Positions 59,558 through 64,000 of a stretch of DNA of 64,000 bases are shown here, in pieces. Within the stretch, counting starts at the first letter, position 1. Every line of letters begins with the position of its first letter. The position numbers were made by a program, and so were the translations under genes. The notes under the pieces were generated by a model. The model saw nothing but the letters and a program-made list of their open reading frames with translations, did not search any database and was not told the DNA's origin. The stretch lies in contig OZ316899.1 of the NCBI GenBank assembly GCA_973895155.1, positions 8,621,241 through 8,685,240 on the forward strand, in the 5' to 3' direction. The DNA is from Marsupella aquatica. Its lineage: Eukaryota > Plantae > Marchantiophyta.

Positions 59558-61561
59558 TGTTGTAAACCATAGTTTACATATAACCCTAAGCTAAGGTTAC
59601 CTTTAACCTTAGACCATGTAACTTCATGGCTATATAAAGCCACACCTTAATGAAGAGTTAACACATTATTCCAAGCATTGGTATCCCAACTCTTAACACG
59701 TTATCAGCACGAGTATGCTCTAGTCATTTTTTTTCTGAAATCAGTCTTTTGGTAATTCGATCACCTTGATGTTTTCACGAGTAAAATACTCTTAAAAGGC
59801 ACTTTTTTTCTCCCTCCTCCCAATAACCGCCCAAACCGACCCCCACCTTTTTTTCCCCTCTCAGCGCTAGCACATCGCTATTTGGGCAATGTACAGGCAC
59901 TGAGAACATATAGAACACCTCACCAATTAGAATTACTCCATATCGCTTGTTTAGCCCAAATTTTCCCCATCAACTAGAAATCGCTACACATCCAATTGAG
60001 CGCAATTTAATACGAGACGCGCCATTGAAGATTCATCATACCGAAGACCAAGGATAGACACACGACAACCATAATTGGTATACCAATACCAAATCCCTGC
60101 AACCTCCATATTCAATTGTAACTAAACATTACAATCCCAAATTGTATTAAGAATGAATACCATAGAGAAATTACACTTCCCTGCATTAAAGGTAGACGGA
60201 TCGAACTACCTTACATGGATCACAGATGTCGAAACATATTTTGCATTTCAAGAACTCGAAGATACACTATATATAGATGCAAATCTAACCCTCAAACAAA
60301 AAGCTAAAGCCGCGTTTCTATTGAGGCAACACCTATCACCACAATTGAAGAACAAATATATGAATGAGGTAAATCCCCGCAAGCTATGGGATCAACTCAA
60401 ATCCAGATTCGACCACATGCGCAAAATATGGCTCCCAGAAGCACGCAGGGACTGGCACAACCTGCGAGTCATGGACCACACAAAAATTGCAAATTATAAC
60501 AACGCCTTATTCCGAATCACATCTCAACTAGAAATGTGCGGCCACCCAGTAAACGATAACGACCGCATTGATAAAACACTGTCAACATTCCCAGAAGCAA
60601 ATATAGCCCTGGGAACCCAATACCGAGATATGAATTTTATGACCTACTCCGACCTCATTGCACATTTATTAGTCGAAGAGAAACAACAAATTGTAGCCCT
60701 ACATAACGCAAGAAAAAGACCAGCAGGATCAGAACCACCACCCAATCGACCCGAATCACACTATGGAAATTACCAAGACGGGCGACGAGATAACCCAAGA
60801 GGAAGAAAACCATCCAGGGGAGGCAGAGGAAAATTCAGGGGACAAGGGAGATACCCCTACCAGGGTAGAAACCCGCTCCCCACACAAAGAACTACCTGGA
60901 ACCGTGGCACCAACAGAAGCAGGGGCACATGGCGAAACCCACAAAATCACCCAACAAACGATAATCAGAAACTATGCTACAGATGTGGTAAGATCGGCCA
61001 CATCAGGAAGATATGCAGAGCATCTGACCAAGTGGCACAACGCTATACAAATGAACGCATATTAACGAGACAAAACCCACAAGGCAACTATATGGAAATC
61101 GAAGAAAATATAGCGACATACCAAGATCCTGCAGACGCCCCAATTGAAACACATACTGCTATCTCACACCTGTATACATCACCATTAACTGACCCCAATA
61201 TATGCATTATTGATAGCGGAACGTCACATACAATACTGACACAAAGCAAATATTTTGACTTTATCACCCCATCATCTAGACCGATGACAACTATCGCAGG
61301 CCCCAACCAAATAGAAGAAGGCAAAGGAAAAGCGCATATTATATTCCCAGGCGGGACCAAAATTACGATAGCAGCAGCTATATACGCCCCTACAGCTACC
61401 AGAAACCTCATCAGCTTTCAGGATATCCGCGCGAATAACTATGAACTAAGAACAGCAAAACAAGGCGAAACTGAAATCCTACAACTAATACAGAACAAGG
61501 AAGATTACCACATATTATGGAGAACTTACCACTAATCCCACCTGGACTATATGCAGCTAAC
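59558..61561 (+). mobile_element. 5' part of a Ty1/Copia element, Bianca-like
   Basis: Short LTR TGTTG...TAACA (59558-59698) with TATATAA; atypical PBS CGTTATCAGCACGA (59699-59712); gag and protease. Confidence 0.85.
60153..61535 (+). CDS. Copia Gag-protease
   Basis: GSNYLTW...AKAAFLLRQHL...LWDQLKSRFDH; zinc knuckle CYRCGKIGHIRKIC; protease IIDSGTSHTI; RNLISF. Confidence 0.92.
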   Translation: MNTIEKLHFPALKVDGSNYLTWITDVETYFAFQELEDTLYIDANLTLKQKAKAAFLLRQHLSPQLKNKYMNEVNPRKLWDQLKSRFDHMRKIWLPEARRDWHNLRVMDHTKIANYNNALFRITSQLEMCGHPVNDNDRIDKTLSTFPEANIALGTQYRDMNFMTYSDLIAHLLVEEKQQIVALHNARKRPAGSEPPPNRPESHYGNYQDGRRDNPRGRKPSRGGRGKFRGQGRYPYQGRNPLPTQRTTWNRGTNRSRGTWRNPQNHPTNDNQKLCYRCGKIGHIRKICRASDQVAQRYTNERILTRQNPQGNYMEIEENIATYQDPADAPIETHTAISHLYTSPLTDPNICIIDSGTSHTILTQSKYFDFITPSSRPMTTIAGPNQIEEGKGKAHIIFPGGTKITIAAAIYAPTATRNLISFQDIRANNYELRTAKQGETEILQLIQNKEDYHILWRTYH

Positions 61562-64000
61562 TGTCACGTCGTAGGCTTCGGCCTTAACTCAGACTTCAGC
61601 TTAGACGGGCACATCCCTCGTAAATCTGAGGGTTCGGGCAGGAAGGGAAGCACGTAATGCACCTTATTCTCGTAAACTAGCGCTAAGTGCGCATACTGCT
61701 AAATACGAACACCTCCTAGGTATGGTTTGTGTTCCGCCGCCAGAATGTACCTTAGTCGATAGCAGGATCGACCCCGGCTTAAGGGCTTCTAAGCCTTCGT
61801 GCTGTCCGCCTTCGATCCGGATTCGATGATACAGGTCCTCAACCCGTGCTCGCAACCACTTACCCGCAGGCTGCACCCTGTGCACGTCTCGGGTAGTGCG
61901 TTCGGCCTGGCGCTGCCACCCATATACGAGAAACCCACACACATATGCGCACACATGCATACAATCTTGATTTACACGAAGGAAAATGATGGGAAAGGAT
62001 TTTACTACAAAGGGAACATATGCGTACACTTAGTTGACACGACAGCCCTGGAATGCACAGGTTCAAGGCCGAGGGTGCACACTACAACAGAGCCCGGCTC
62101 CGCACTCGCCCGACGAGCTTAGTCCTACCCCCTCCCCTTGGTACTTTGTCATTCCCAGAGGTCGGGACTCCCCGCATGTCCCGCGGATGTCCGACTCTGA
62201 AACTAAAAACCCCCCCTCTACCTCTACCGAGGGGTGCACTAAATACTAAGAGCCGAGGAACGGGGTGTCCTCTCGCCAAAGATTCGCTGACTAAGGTCCT
62301 AACTAAGCTGACAGTCAGGCCGGAAAACGGCTGTGTCTTATTAGAAGATCCTAATTTACGCAGGCTGGACAGCAGGGCAGCGTTGCTGTACCTAAGGCAG
62401 GTGCCTGTCCCAAGAGCTTGACTAAGCCAATCCTAATCCTAATCTATTCCTACTCCGCCGCTAATGCCTGGCACGCTTGCCAGAGCCGCCCGAATGGGAA
62501 CGGCCATCCCGCTGCCTTCGAAGCCTGTCATTGTCCGCCTTGAGGAGCTGGACCTGGTCCAGCAGAGATTCGTTCTCTCGCCTCGCCGCGTCCGTCTCCT
62601 CTGCTGCCTCCTGACATGCCTCCTCCAGCTGCTGGGCGTCGCTTGTCAGTTTACTCGCCAGCTGGTCCTGCTTCTCGGCCTCGGTTTGGAGCCGCGCCAT
62701 CTCGGCCTGCAGCGTGGCTATCTCCGTCGCGTCCCGCTGGGCTCGCTCCTCGGCCTCCTCCAGGTCTTTCTGCCAGGTGACAGCTTGTTTCTTCAAACTG
62801 TCAATCTGGTTCCGGAGTCGTGTAATCTCGGCCTCGTTCCCAGCTTTGGCCTGTTCGGCTAGGGCGGTAAGAGCGTACGCCTTTGCTAACAACTCATCGG
62901 CGGCTGCAACCTTGGGTCGTAGTTGCAGAAGCTCAGCCTCTTGAGCCGCCACTTCGTTCTTTAGGTACACGGACTCCACCCGGTACCGCTCTATCCTCTG
63001 AAGGGCCTCCGACTGGGCCCGACCTGCCTTTACGGCGGCAACCAACTCCTGATTGAAGAAACAGGCTACCTTCCGGGCCATGAACTCCCCGGTATCCCGG
63101 GCAATTTGATGAGAGAAATCTCCCAGAAGCCCGTTCAGAAACGTACCCTGTACGAAGAGTTCCGGGTGGTCCAAGTTGTGCCTGTCCGGATTTGGGCACG
63201 GGCAAACATCAACACGCGCAGGGGCCGGGGCAGTGACGTCCAGCCCTGGGGACATAACGTTGGAAGGGGCTGGAGTGTCCTCCTGCAGCGATGTCCGGTT
63301 CTCCGGAATTGCCACCGGCGGGTCCTTGGGAGACCCGGGTTCGGGTAAGACCTCTGCCGTACCAACTTCTGTACTTAGCCCGGCTAGTTGGGTCGCATCA
63401 ACGGTTGCAACGACCGACCCCTCCGGCGCCTCCTCGGTTACGATTACAGCTATTTATGGAGGTGGGGTGGGTGAAGCTGGCGTGTCCACTGGACTTCGGG
63501 CCTCGGGTTGGGGCCGTCTCTCCAATGCCGGAAAAACCCACCTAGCTGGGACCAGCCTTGTAACGTTGATGCGGGGAAGGGTTCGTCGATCAAACCGGGC
63601 GTACCACTCAAGAATGATTTCGATGTGGCTAGCGAAATACGCCTTCCCGCCAATGTACAGCGTCTTCCTTTCGCTCCATCTCTTCATGGAATTTCTTAGC
63701 GAAGTACGACGCCCATTTCCTAGGTCGATAGTTCTCGACCTGGATAACCTGGGCGGCGGAGATCTCCCCCCGGGGTTCCATCATGTGGAGAGCGTACCTC
63801 TGGAACTCCAGCCGCTCAGCTATCTCGGGCATGAGGCAGGTCCTCATCACGAACCCGTTGTCTACTGATCCCTCTGAGGGAAAACTTGAAGATTGGTACT
63901 TGGCCCCCTTGCCCCCGGGAGCCCGTGATTCGACTCGATGGTCACCTTCAGGTAACCCGAAGATCATCTTGAGCCGTTCTTCTGTGAGGGACATATTCCT
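61562..64000 (-). mobile_element. Second LTR of family X, inserted in the Copia; runs off window
   Basis: Starts TGTCACGTCG; near-identical to the reverse complement of 22741-20305. Confidence 0.93.
62461..63994 (-). pseudogene. LTR-embedded ORF of family X, copy 2
   Basis: Same protein as 19812-21843, with lesions at different positions. Confidence 0.75.

Overview
Plant nuclear DNA (spliceosomal introns; probably a non-seed land plant, by inference) made almost entirely of nested transposons, with no ordinary host gene. Layers: (i) three CACTA/En-Spm families, including a complete 10-kb element (42015-52073, TGT target-site duplication, TSD) carrying a SET-domain gene, and two others carrying an EDM2-type PHD cassette (one also with tandem BRCT and F-box-like cargo); (ii) a Mutator-like family (GCM-like zinc finger + DDE + SWIM transposase) in three large pieces plus a MITE; (iii) Gypsy LTRs with ORFs inside the LTR, a Bianca-type Copia, MITEs and an unclassified repeat. 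Best candidate for a new system: the Mutator-like family carries a second, divergently transcribed, intron-containing gene for a ParB/Srx-like (DGNHR) domain fused to a beta-class N4-cytosine/N6-adenine DNA methyltransferase-like domain, and its non-coding DNA holds about 28 copies of the palindrome TAGCGCCWGGCGCTA. This looks like a parS-like self-recognition or anti-silencing module. The copies here are mostly pseudogenised. All domain calls come from motifs read by eye, not database searches.
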